A stretch of 64,000 nucleotides of DNA, from contig OZ024759.1 in NCBI GenBank assembly GCA_964016885.1, positions 2,108,001 to 2,172,000 of the forward strand. Direction: 5' to 3'. Below, piece by piece: positions 1 through 15,149 of this stretch. The DNA comes from Eledone cirrhosa (lineage: Eukaryota). Made by a program: the position numbers and the translations under genes. The notes below the pieces were generated by a model. The model searched no databases. It was not told the DNA's origin and saw nothing but the letters and a program-made list of their open reading frames with translations. Numbering within the stretch: position 1 is the stretch's first letter; the number at the start of each line of letters is the position of its first letter.

Positions 1-540
1 AGTCTATATTAGCAACATGACAAAGTCTATATTAGTAACATGACACAGTCTATATTAGTAACATGACACAGTCTATATTAGTAACATGACACAGTCTATA
101 TTAGTAACATGACAAAGTCTACATTAGTAACATGACAAGGTCTATATTAGTAACATGACACAGTCTATATTAGTAGCATGACACAGTCTATATTAGTAAC
201 ATGATACAGTCTATATTAGTAACATGACAAAGTCTATATTAGTAACATGACAAAGTCTATATTAGTAAAATGACAAAGTCTATATTAGTAACATGACAAA
301 GTCTTTATTAGTAACATGACACAGTCTATATTAGTAACATGACACAGTCTATATTAGTAACATGACAAAGTCTATATTAGTAGCATGACAAAGTCTATAT
401 TAGTAACATGACAAAGTCTATATTAGTAACATGACAAAGTCTATATTAGTAACATGACAAAGTCTATATTAGTAACATGACAAAGTCTATATTAGTAACA
501 TGACAAAGTCTATATTAGTAACATGACACAGTCTATATTA

Positions 541-650
541 GTAACATGACAGTCTATATTAGTAACATGACAGTCTACATTAGTAACATGACACAGTCTA
601 TATTAGTAACATGACAAAGTCGATATTAGTAACATGACAATGTCTATATT
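541..650 (+). repeat. First copy of a recurrent ordered variant cassette: 21-bp deletion monomer, 21-bp deletion followed by CTACAT, C-type monomer, GTCGAT variant, GACAATGTC variant
   Basis: catgacagtctatattagtaacatgacagtctacattagtaacatgacacagtc...acaaagtcgatattag...gacaatgtc. The same order recurs near 2450, 4050, 6800, 10180, 16870, 22730, 26080, 29960, 31840, 36720, 42010, 45330, 50290, 51330, 51970, 53830, 55540, 57140, 57500, 58230, 59280, 59920, 60280, 61150, 62500, 62860 and 63680. Confidence 0.93.
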
Positions 651-3600
651 AGTAACATGACAAAGTCTATATTAGTAACATGACACAGTCTATATTACTA
701 ACATGACACAGTCTATATTAGTAACATGACACAGTCTATATTAGTAACATGACAAAGTCTATATTAGTAACATGACAAAGTCTATATTAGTAACATGACA
801 AAGTCTATATTAGTAACATGACACAGTCTATATTAGTAACATGACACAGTCTATATTAGTAGCATGACACAGTCCATATTAGTAACATGATAAGTCTATA
901 TTAGTAACATGACAAAGTCTATATTAGTAACATGACAAAGTCTATATTAGTAAAATGACAAAGTCTATATTAGTAACATGCCAAAGTCTTTATTAGTAAC
1001 ATGACACAGTCTATATTAGTAACATGACACAGTCTATATTAGTAACATGACAAAGTCTATATTAGTAACATGACAAAGTCTATATTAGTAACATGACAAA
1101 GTCTATATTAGTAACATGACAAAGTCTATATTAGTAACATGACACAGTCTATATTAGTAACATGACACAGTCTAGATTAGTAACATGACACAGTCTATAT
1201 TAGTAACATGAGACAGTCTATATTAGTAGCATGACAAAGTCTATATTAGTAACATGACACAGTCTACATTAGTAACATGACAAAGTCTATATTAGTAACA
1301 TGACACAGTCTATATTAGTAACATGAGACAGTCTATATTAGTAACATGACAAAGTCTATATTAGTAACGTGACACAGTCTATATTAGTAACATGACAAAG
1401 TCTATATTAGTAACATGACAAAGTCTATATTAGTAACATGACAAAGTCTATATTAGTAACATGACAAAGTCTATATTAGTAGCATGACACAGTCTATATT
1501 AGCAACATGACAAAGTCTATATTAGTAACATGACGCAGTCTATATTAGTAACATGACACAGTCTATATTAGTAACATGACACAGTCTATATTATTAACAT
1601 GACAAAGTCTATATTAGTAACATGACACAGTCTATATTAGTAACATGACAAAGTCTATATTAGTTACATGACAAAGTCTATATTAGTAACATGACACAGT
1701 CTATATTAGTAACATGACGAAGTCTATATTAGTAACATGAGACAGTCTATATTAGTAGCATGACAAAGTATATATTAGTAACATGACACAGTCTACATTA
1801 GTAACATGACAAAGTCTATATTAGTAACATGACACAGTCTATATTAGTAACATGAGACAGTCTATATTAGTAACATGACAAAGTCTATATTAGTAACATG
1901 ACACAGTCTATATTTGTAACATGACAAAGTCTATATTAGTAACATGACAAAGTCTATATTAGTAACATGACAAAGTCTATATTAGTAACATGACAAAGTC
2001 TATATTAGTAGCATGACACAGTCTATATTAGCAACATGACACAGTCTATATTAGTAACATGACACAGTCTATATTAGTAACATGACAAAGTCTATATTAG
2101 TAACATGACAAAGTCTATATTAGTAACATGACACAGTCTATATTAGTAACATGACAAAGTCTATATTAGTAATATGACACGGTCTATATTAGTAACATGA
2201 CAGTCTATATTAGTAACATCACAAAGTCTATATTAGTAACATGACAAAGTCTATATTAGTAACATGACAAAGTCTATATTAGTAACATGACACAGTCTAT
2301 ATTAGTGACATGACAGTCTATATTAGTAACATGACAAAGTCTATATTAGTAACATGACACAGTCTATATTAGTATCATGACAAAGTCTATATTAGTAACA
2401 TGACAAAGTCTATATTAGTAACATGACACAGTCTATATTAGTGACATGACAGTCTATATTAGTAACATGACAGTCTACATTAGTAACATGACACAGTCTA
2501 TATTAGTAACATGACAAAGTCGATATTAGTAACATGACAATGTCTATATTAGTAACATGACAAAGTCTATATTAGTAACATGACACAGTCTATATTAGTA
2601 ACATGACAGAGTCTATATTAGTAACATGACACATTCTATATTAGTAACATGACAAAGTCTATATTAGTAACATGACAAAGTCTATATTAGTAACATGACA
2701 AAGTCTATATTAGTAACATGACAAAGTCTATATTAGTAACATGACACAGTCTATATTAGTAACATGACAGTCTATATTAGTAACATGACACAGTCTATAT
2801 TAGTAACATGACACAGTGTATATTAGTAACATGACAAAGTCTTTATTAGTAACATGACACAGTCTATATTAGTAACATGACACAGTCTATATTAGTAACA
2901 TGACAAAGTCTATATTAGTAACATGACAAAGTCTATATTAGTAACATGACACAGTCTATATTAGTAACATGACACAGTCTATATTAGTAACATGACAAAG
3001 TCTATATTAGTAACATGACAAAGTCTATATTAGTAATATGACACAGTCTATATTAGTAACATGACAGTCTATATTAGTAACATGACAAAGTCTATATTAG
3101 TAACATGACACAGTCTATATTAGTAGCATGACAAAGTCTATATTAGTAACATGACAAAGTCTATATTAGTAACATGACACAGTCTATATTAGTAGCATGA
3201 CAAAGTCTATATTAGTAACATGACAAAGTCTATATTAGTAACATGACACAGTCTATATTAGTAACATGACAAAGTCTATATTAGTAACATGACAAAGTCT
3301 ATATTAGTAACATGACAAAGTGTATATTAGTAACATGACACAGTCTATATTATTAGCATGACAAAGTCTATATTAGTAACATGACACAGTCTATATTAGT
3401 AGCATGACACAGTCTATATTAGTAACATGACAAAGTCTATATTAGTAACATGACAGTCTATATTAGTAACATGACACAGTCTATATTAGTAACATGACAC
3501 AGTCTATATTAGTAACATGACAAAGTCTATATTAGTAATATGAGACAGTCTATATTAGTAACATGACACAGTCTATATTAGTAACATGACACAGTCTATA

Positions 3601-6600
3601 TTAGTAACATGACACAGTCTATATTAGTAACATGACAAAGTCTATATTAGTAACATGACAAAGTCTATATTAGTAACATGACAAAGTCTATATTAGTAAC
3701 ATGACAAAGTCTATATTAGTAGCATGACACAGTCTATATTAGCAACATGACAAAGTCTATATTAGTAACATGACACAGTCTATATTAGTAGCATGACAAA
3801 GTCTCTATTAGTAACATGACAAAGTCTATATTAGTAACATGACAAAGTCTATATTAGTAACATGACACCGTCTATATTAGTAACATGACAAAGTCTATAT
3901 TAGTAGCATGACAAAGTCTATATTAGTAACATGACAAAGTCTATATTAGTAACATGACAAATTCTATATTAGTAACATGACAATGTCCATATTAGTAACA
4001 TGACAAACTCTATATTAGTAACATGACACAGTATATATTAGTAACATGACAGTCTATATTAGTAACATGACAGTCTACATTAGTAACATGACACAGTCTA
4101 TATTAGTAACATGAAAAAGTCGATATTAGTAACATGACAATGTCTATATTAGTAACATGACAAAGTCTATATTAGTAACATGACACAGTCTATATTACTA
4201 ACATGACACAGTCTATATTAGTAACATGACACAGTCTATATTAGTAACATGACAAAGTCTATATTAGTAACATGACAAAGTCTATATTAGTAACATGACA
4301 CAGTCTATATTAGTAACATGACACAGTCTATATTAGTAACATGACACAGTCTATATTAGTAACATGAGACAGTCTATATTAGTAGCATGACAAAGTCTAT
4401 ATTAGTAACATGACACAGTCTACATTAGTAACATGACAAAGTCTATATTAGTAACATGACACAGTCTATATTAGTAACATGAGACAGTCTATATTAGTAA
4501 CATGACTAAGTCTATATTAGTAACATGACACAGTCTATATTAGTAAAATGACACAGTCTATATTAGTAACATGACAAAGTCTATATTAGTAACATGACAA
4601 AGTCTATATTAGTAACATGACAAAGTCTATATTAGTAGCATGACACAGTCTATATTAGTAACATGACAAAGTCTATATTAGTAACATGACAAAGTCTACA
4701 TTAGTAACATGACACAGTCTATATTAGTAACATGACAAAGTCGATATTAGTAACATGACAATGTCTATATTAGTAACATGACAAAGTCTATATTAGTAAC
4801 ATGACACAGTCTATATTACTAACATGACACAGTCTATATTAGTAACATGACACAGTCTATATTAGTAACATGACAAAGTCTATATTAGTAACATGACAAA
4901 GTCTATATTAGTAACATGACAAAGTCTATATTAGTAACATGACACAGTCTATATTAGTAACATGACACAGTCTATATTAGTAGCAGGACACAGTCTATAT
5001 TAGTAACATGATACAGTCTATATTAGTAACATGACAAAGTCTATATTAGTAATATGACAAAGTCTATATTAGTAAAATGACAAAGTCTATATTAGTAACA
5101 TGACACAGTCTATATTAGTAACATGACACAGTCTATATTAGTAACATGAGACAGTCTATATTAGTAGCATGACAAAGTCTATATTAGTAACATGACACAG
5201 TCTACATTAGTAATATGACAAAGTCTATATTAGTAACATGAGACAGTCTATATTAGTAACATGAGACAGTCTATATTAGTAACATGACAAAGTCTATATT
5301 AGTAACATGACACAGTCTATATTAGTAACATGACACAGTCTATATTAGTAACATGACAAAGTCTATATTAGTAACATGACAAAGTCTATATTAGTAACAT
5401 GACAAAGTCTATAGTAGTAACATGACACAGTCTATATTAGTAACATGACGAAGTCTATATTAGTAACATGACACAGTCTATATTAGTAACATGACACAGT
5501 CTATATTAGTAACATGACAAAGTCTATATTAGTAACATGACACAGTCTATATTAGTAACATGACACAGTCTATATTAGTAACATGACACAGTCTATATTA
5601 GTAACATTACAAAGTCTATATTAGTAACATGACAAAGTCTATATTAGTAACATGACAAAGTCTATATTAGTAACATGACACAGTCTCTATTAGTAACATG
5701 ACACAGTCTATATTAGTAGAATGACACAGTCTATATTAGTAACATGATACAGTCTATATTAGTAACATGACAAAGTCTATATTAGTAACATGACAAAGTC
5801 TATATAGTAAAATGACAAAGTCTATATTAGTAACATGACAAAGTCTTTATTAGTAACATGACAAGTCTATATTAGCAACATGACACAGTCTATATTAGTA
5901 ACATGACAAAGTCTATATTAGTAACATGACAAAGTCTATATTAGTAACATGACAAAGTCTATATTAGTAACATGACACAGTCTATATTAGTAACATGACA
6001 AAGTCTATATTAGTAGCATGACAAAGTCTATATTAGTAACATGACAAAGTCTATATTAGTAACATGACAAAGTCTATATTAGTAGCATGACACAGTCTAT
6101 ATTAGCAACATGACAAAGTCTATATTAGTAACATGACACAGTCTATATTAGTAGCATGACAAAGTCTGTATTAGTAACATGACAAAGTCTATATTAGTAA
6201 CATGACAAAGTCTATATTAGTAACATGACAAAGTCTATATTAGTAACATGACACAGTCTATATTAGTAACATGACACAGTCTATATTAGTAACATGACAA
6301 AGTCTATATTAGTAACATGACACAGTCTATATTAGTAACATGACAAAGTCTATATTAGTAGCATGACAAAGTCTATATTAGTAACATGACAAAGTCTATA
6401 TTAGTAACATGACAAAGTCTATATTAGTAGCATGACACAGTCTATATTAGCAACATGACAAAGTCTATATTAGTAACATGACACAGTCTATATTAGTAGC
6501 ATGACAAAGTCTGTATTAGTAACATGACAAAGTCTATATTAGTAACATGACAAAGTCTATATTAGTAACATGACAAAGTCTATATTAGTAACATGACACA

Positions 6601-9600
6601 GTCTATATTAGTAACATGACAAAGTCTATATTAGTAGCATGGCAAAGTCTATATTAGTAACATGACAAAGTCTATATTAGTAACATGACAAATTCTATAT
6701 TAGTAACATGACAAAGTCTATATTAGTAACATGACAAAGTCTATATTAGTAACATGACAAAGTCTATATTAGTAACATGACACAGTATATATTAGTAACA
6801 TGACAGTCTATATTAGTAACATGACAGTCTACATTAGTAACATGACACCGTCTATATTAGTAACATGACAAAGTCGATATTAGTAACGTGACAATGTCTA
6901 TATTAGTAACATGACAAAGTCTATATTAGTAACATGACACAGCCTATATTACTAACATGACACAGTCTATATTAGTAACATGACACAGTCTATATTAGTA
7001 ACATGACAAAGTCTATATTAGTAACATGACAAAGTCTATATTAGTAACATGACAAAGTCTATATTAGTAACATGACACAGTCTATATTAGTAACATGACA
7101 CAGTCTATATTAGTAGCATGACACAGTCTATATTAGTAACATGATACAGTCTATATTAGTAACATGACAAAGTCTATATTAGTAACATGACAAAGTCTAT
7201 ATTAGTAAAATGACAAAGTCTATATTAGTAGCATGACAAAGTCTTTATTAGTAACATGACACAGTCTATATTAGTAACATGACAAAGTCTATATTAGTAA
7301 CATGACAAAGTCTATATTAGTAACATGACACAGTCTATATTAGTAACATGACACAGTCTATATTAGTAACATGACAAAGTCTATATTAGTAACATGACAA
7401 GGTCTATATTAGTAACATGACACAGTCTATATTAGTAACATGACACAGTCTATATTAGTAACATGACACAGTCTATATTAGTAACATGAGACAGTCTATA
7501 TTAGTAACATGACAAAGTCTATATTAGTAGCATGACAAAGTCTATATTAGTAACATGACAAAGTCTATATTAGTAACATGACACAGTCTATATTAGTAAC
7601 ATGACACAGTCTATATTAGTAACTTGACTAAGTCTATATTAGTAACATGACAATGTCTATATTAGTAACATGACAAAGTCTATATTAGTAACATGACACA
7701 GCCTATATTACTAACATGACACAGTCTATATTAGTAACATGACACAGTCTATATTAGTAACATGACAAAGTCTATATTAGTAACATGACAAAGTCTATAT
7801 TAGTAACATGACAAAGTCTATATTAGTAACATGACACAGTCTATATTAGTAACATGACACAGTCTATATTAGTAGCATGACACAGTCTATATTAGTAACA
7901 TGATACAGTCTATATTAGTAACATGACAAAGTCTATATTAGTAACATGACAAAGTCTATATTAGTAAAATGACAAAGTCTATATTAGTAGCATGACAAAG
8001 TCTTTATTAGTAACATGACACAGTCTATATTAGTAACATGACAAAGTCTATATTAGTAACATGACAAAGTCTATATTAGTAACATGACACAGTCTATATT
8101 AGTAACATGACACAGTCTATATTAGTAACATGACAAAGTCTATATTAGTAACATGACAAGGTCTATATTAGTAACATGACACAGTCTATATTAGTAACAT
8201 GACACAGTCTATATTAGTAACATGACACAGTCTATATTAGTAACATGAGACAGTCTATATTAGTAACATGAGACAGTCTATATTAGTAGCATGACAAAGT
8301 CTATATTAGTAACATGACACAGTCTACATTAGTAACATGACAAAGTCTATATTAGTAACATGACACAGTCTATATTAGTAGCATGACAAAGTCTGTATTA
8401 GTAACATGACAAAGTCTATATTAGTAACATGACAAAGTCTATATTAGTAACATGACAATGTCTATATTAGTAACATGACAAAGTCTATATTAGTAACATG
8501 ACAAAGTCTATATTAGGAACATGACACAGTCTATATTTGTAACATGACGAAGTCTATATTAGTAACATGACACAGTCTATATTAGTAACATGACACAGTC
8601 TATATTAGTAACATGACAAAGTCTATATTAGTAACATGACAAAGTCTATATTAGTAACATGACAAAGTCTATATTAGTAACATGACAAAGTCTATATTAG
8701 TAGCATGACACAGTCTATATTAGCAACATGACAAAGTCTATATTAGTAACATGACACAGTCTATATTAGTAACATGACACAGTCTATATTAGTAACATGA
8801 CACAGTCTATATTAGTAACATGACAAAGTCTATATTAGTAACATGACAAAGTCTATATTAGTAACATGACAAAGTCTATATTAGTAACATGACACAGTCT
8901 ATATTAGTAACATGACACAGTCTATATTAGTAGCATGACACAGTCTATATTAGTAACATGATACAGTCTATATTAGTAACATGACAAAGTCTATATTAGT
9001 AACATGACAAAGTCTATATTAGTAAAATGACAAAGTCTATATTAGTAACATAACAAAGTCTTTATTAGTAACATGACACAGTCTATATTAGTAACATGAC
9101 ACAGTCTATATTAGTAACATGACAAAGTCTATATTAGTAACATGACACAGTCTATATTAGTAACATGACACAGTCTATATTAGTAACATGACAAAGTCTA
9201 TATTAGTAACATGACAAAGTCTATATTAGTAACATGACAAAGTCTATATTAGTAACATGACAAAGTCTATATTAGTAGCATGACAAAGTCTGTATTAGTA
9301 AAATGACAAAGTCTATATTAGTAACATGACAAAGTCTATATTAGTAACATGACAAAGTCTATATTAGTAACATGACACAGTCTATATTAGTAACATGACA
9401 AAGTCTATATTAGTAGCATGACAAAGTCTATATTAGTAACATGACAAAGTCTATATTAGTAACATGACACAGTCTATATTAGTAACATGACACAGTCTAT
9501 ATTAGTAACTTGACTAAGTCTATATTAGTAACATGACAATGTCTATATTAGTAACATGACAAAGTCTATATTAGTAACATGACACAGTCTATATTAGTAA

Positions 9601-10509
9601 CATGACAGTCTATATTAGTAACATGACACAGTCTATATTAGTAACATGACACAGTCTATATTAGTAGCATGACACAGTCTATATTAGCAACATGACAAAG
9701 TCTATATTAGTAACATGACACAGTCTATATTAGTAGCATGACAAAGTCTGTATTAGTAACATGACAAAGTCTATATTAGTAACATGACAAAGTCTATATT
9801 AGTAGCATGACACAGTCTATATTAGCAACATGACAAAGTCTATATTAGTAACATGACACAGTCTATATTAGTAGCATGACAAAGTCTGTATTAGTAACAT
9901 GACAAAGTCTATATTAGTAACATGACAAAGTCTATATTAGTAACATGACAAAGTCTATATTAGTAACATGACACAGTCTATATTAGTAACATGACAAAGT
10001 CTATATTAGTAGCATGGCAAAGTCTATATTAGTAACATGACAAAGTCTATATTAGTAACATGACAAATTCTATATTAGTAACATGACAAAGTCTATATTA
10101 GTAACATGACAAAGTCTATATTAGTAACATGACAAAGTCTATATTAGTAACATGACACAGTATATATTAGTAACATGACAGTCTATATTAGTAACATGAC
10201 AGTCTACATTAGTAACATGACACCGTCTATATTAGTAACATGACAAAGTCGATATTAGTAACGTGACAATGTCTATATTAGTAACATGACAAAGTCTATA
10301 TTAGTAACATGACACAGCCTATATTACTAACATGACACAGTCTATATTAGTAACATGACACAGTCTATATTAGTAACATGACAAAGTCTATATTAGTAAC
10401 ATGACAAAGTCTATATTAGTAACATGACAAAGTCTATATTAGTAACATGACACAGTCTATATTAGTAACATGACACAGTCTATATTAGTAGCATGACACA
10501 GTCTATATT

Positions 10510-13500
10510 AGTAACATGATACAGTCTATATTAGTAACATGACAAAGTCTATATTAGTAACATGACAAAGTCTATATTAGTAAAATGACAAAGTCTATAT
10601 TAGTAGCATGACAAAGTCTTTATTAGTAACATGACACAGTCTATATTAGTAACATGACAAAGTCTATATTAGTAACATGACAAAGTCTATATTAGTAACA
10701 TGACACAGTCTATATTAGTAACATCACACAGTCTATATTAGTAACATGACAAAGTCTATATTAGTAACATGACAAGGTCTATATTAGTAACATGACACAG
10801 TCTATATTAGTAACATGACACAGACTATATTAGTAACATGACACAGTCTATATTAGTAACATGAGACAGTCTATATTAGTAACATGAGACAGTCTATATT
10901 AGTAGCATGACAAAGTCTATATTAGTAACATGACACAGTCTACATTAGTAACATGACAAAGTCTATATTAGTAACATGACACAGTCTATATTAGTAACAT
11001 GAGACAGTCTATATTAGTAACATGACTAAGTCTATATTAGTAACATGACACAGTCTATATTAGTAACATGACACAGTCTATATTAGTAACATGACAATGT
11101 CTATATTAGTAACATGACAAAGTCTATATTAGTAACATGACAAAGTCTATATTAGTAACATGACACAGTCTATATTTGTAACATGACGAAGTCTATATTA
11201 GTAACCTGACACAGTCTATATTAGTAACATGACACAGTCTATATTAGTAACATGACAAAGTCTATATTAGTAACATGACAAAGTCTATATTAGTAACATG
11301 ACAAAGTCTATATTAGTAACATGACAAAGTCTATATTAGTAGCATGACACAGTCTATATTAGCAACATGACAAAGTCTATATTAGTAACATGACACAGTC
11401 TATATTAGTAACATGACACAGTCTATATTAGTAACATGACACAGTCTATATTAGTAACATGACAAAGTCTATATTAGTAACATGACAAAGTCTATATTAG
11501 TAACATGACAAAGTCTATATTAGTAACATGACACAGTCTATATTAGTAACATGACACAGTCTATATTAGTAGCATGACACAGTCTATATTAGTAACATGA
11601 TACAGTCTATATTAGTAACATGACAAAGTCTATATTAGTAACATGACAAAGTCTATATTAGTAAAATGACAAAGTCTATATTAGTAACATAACAAAGTCT
11701 TTATTAGTAACATGACACAGTCTATATTAGTAACATGACACAGTCTATATTAGTAACATGACAAAGTCTATATTAGTAACATGACACAGTCTATATTAGT
11801 AACATGACACAGTCTATATTAGTAACATGACAAAGTCTATATTAGTAACATGACAAAGTCTATATTAGTAACATGACAAAGTCTATATTAGTAACATGAC
11901 AAAGTCTATATTAGTAGCATGACAAAGTCTGTATTAGTAAAATGACAAAGTCTATATTAGTAACATGACAAAGTCTATATTAGTAACATGACAAAGTCTA
12001 TATTAGTAACATGACACAGTCTATATTAGTAACATGACAAAGTCTATATTAGTAGCATGACAAAGTCTATATTAGTAACATGACAAAGTCTATATTAGTA
12101 ACATGACACAGTCTATATTAGTAACATGACACAGTCTATATTAGTAACTTGACTAAGTCTATATTAGTAACATGACAATGTCTATATTAGTAACATGACA
12201 AAGTCTATATTAGTAACATGACACAGTCTATATTAGTAACATGACAGTCTATATTAGTAACATGACACAGTCTATATTAGTAACATGACACAGTCTATAT
12301 TAGTAGCATGACAAAGTCTATATTAGTAACATGACACAGTGTATATTAGTAACATGACAAAGTCTATATTAGTAGCATGACAAAGTCTATATTAGTAACA
12401 TGACACAGTCTATATTAGTAACATGACACAGTCTATATTAGTAACATGACAGTCTATATTAGTAACATGACAAAGTCTATATTAGTAACATGACACAGTC
12501 TATATTAGTATCATGACAAAGTCTATATTAGTAACATGACAAAGTCTATATTAGTAACATGATACAGTCTATATTAGTAACATGACAAAGTCTATATTAG
12601 TAACATGACAAAGTCTATATTAGTAAAATGACAAAGTCTATATTAGTAGCATGACAAAGTCTTTATTAGTAACATGACACAGTCTATATTAGTAACATGA
12701 CAAAGTCTATATTAGTAACATGACAAAGTCTATATTAGTAACATGACACAGTCTATATTAGTAACATCACACAGTCTATATTAGTAACATGACAAAGTCT
12801 ATATTAGTAACATGACAAGGTCTATATTAGTAACATGACACAGTCTATATTAGTAACATGACACAGACTATATTAGTAACATGACACAGTCTATATTAGT
12901 AACATGAGACAGTCTATATTAGTAACATGAGACAGTCTATATTAGTAGCATGACAAAGTCTATATTAGTAACATGACACAGTCTACATTAGTAACATGAC
13001 AAAGTCTATATTAGTAACATGACACAGTCTATATTAGTAACATGAGACAGTCTATATTAGTAACATGACTAAGTCTATATTAGTAACATGACACAGTCTA
13101 TATTAGTAACATGACACAGTCTATATTAGTAACATGACAATGTCTATATTAGTAACATGACAAAGTCTATATTAGTAACATGACAAAGTCTATATTAGTA
13201 ACATGACACAGTCTATATTTGTAACATGACGAAGTCTATATTAGTAACATGACACAGTCTATATTAGTAACATGACACAGTCTATATTAGTAACATGACA
13301 AAGTCTATATTAGTAACATGACAAAGTCTATATTAGTAACATGACAAAGTCTATATTAGTAACATGACAAAGTCTATATTAGTAGCATGACACAGTCTAT
13401 ATTAGCAACATGACAAAGTCTATATTAGTAACATGACACAGTCTATATTAGTAACATGACACAGTCTATATTAGTAACATGACACAGTCTATATTAGTAA

Positions 13501-14590
13501 CATGACAAAGTCTATATTAGTAACATGACAAAGTCTATATTAGTAACATGACAAAGTCTATATTAGTAACATGACACAGTCTATATTAGTAACATGACAC
13601 AGTCTATATTAGTAGCATGACACAGTCTATATTAGTAACATGATACAGTCTATATTAGTAACATGACAAAGTCTATATTAGTAACATGACAAAGTCTATA
13701 TTAGTAAAATGACAAAGTCTATATTAGTAACATAACAAAGTCTTTATTAGTAACATGACACAGTCTATATTAGTAACATGACACAGTCTATATTAGTAAC
13801 ATGACAAAGTCTATATTAGTAACATGACACAGTCTATATTAGTAACATGACACAGTCTATATTAGTAACATGACAAAGTCTATATTAGTAACATGACAAA
13901 GTCTATATTAGTAACATGACAAAGTCTATATTAGTAACATGACAAAGTCTATATTAGTAGCATGACAAAGTCTGTATTAGTAAAATGACAAAGTCTATAT
14001 TAGTAACATGACAAAGTCTATATTAGTAACATGACAAAGTCTATATTAGTAACATGACACAGTCTATATTAGTAACATGACAAAGTCTATATTAGTAGCA
14101 TGACAAAGTCTATATTAGTAACATGACAAAGTCTATATTAGTAACATGACACAGTCTATATTAGTAACATGACACAGTCTATATTAGTAACTTGACTAAG
14201 TCTATATTAGTAACATGACAATGTCTATATTAGTAACATGACAAAGTCTATATTAGTAACATGACACAGTCTATATTAGTAACATGACAGTCTATATTAG
14301 TAACATGACACAGTCTATATTAGTAACATGACACAGTCTATATTAGTAGCATGACAAAGTCTATATTAGTAACATGACACAGTGTATATTAGTAACATGA
14401 CAAAGTCTATATTAGTAGCATGACAAAGTCTATATTAGTAACATGACACAGTCTATATTAGTAACATGACACAGTCTATATTAGTAACATGACAGTCTAT
14501 ATTAGTAACATGACAAAGTCTATATTAGTAACATGACACAGTCTATATTAGTATCATGACAAAGTCTATATTAGTAACATGACAAAGTCT
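10510..14590 (+). repeat. Tandem duplication of a 2043-bp block (89 monomers, two of them 21-bp)
   Basis: Rare markers repeat at offset 2043: cagactat (10823/12866), aacataac (11690/13733), gtatcatg (12511/14554). 89x23-4 = 2043. Confidence 0.88.
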
Positions 14591-15149
14591 ATATTAGTAA
14601 CATGACAAAGTCTATATTAGTAACATGACAAAGTCTATATTAGTAACATGACACAGTCTATATTAGTGACATGACAGTCTATATTAGTAACATGACAGTC
14701 TACATTAGTAACATGACACAGTCTATATTAGTAACATGACAAAGTCTATATTAGTAGCATGACAAAGTCTATATTAGTAGCATGACAAAGTCTATATTAG
14801 TAATATGAAAAAGTCTATATTAGTAACATGACAAAGTCTATATTAGTAACATGACACAGTCTATATTAGTAACATGACAAAGTCTATATTAGTAGCATGA
14901 CAAAGTCTATATTAGTAACATGACAAAGTCTATATTAGTAACATGACAAAGTCTATATTAGTAACATGACAAAGTCTATATTAGTAACATGACAAAGTCT
15001 ATATTAGTAACATGACAAAGTCTATATTAGTAACATGACACAGTCTATATTAGTAACATGAGACAGTCTATATTAGTAACATGACTAAGTCTATATTAGT
15101 AACATGACACAGTCTATATTAGTAACATGACACAGTCTATATTAGTAAC

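Noticed and set aside
1-46. Transcription-factor or promoter motifs in the monomer (TATA-like CTATAT, GTCT Smad element, TGACA(G) TALE-homeodomain core, RGYAAC RFX half-site)
   Set aside because: Matches of 4-6 bp are expected by chance in any 23-mer, and there is no gene context or host information.
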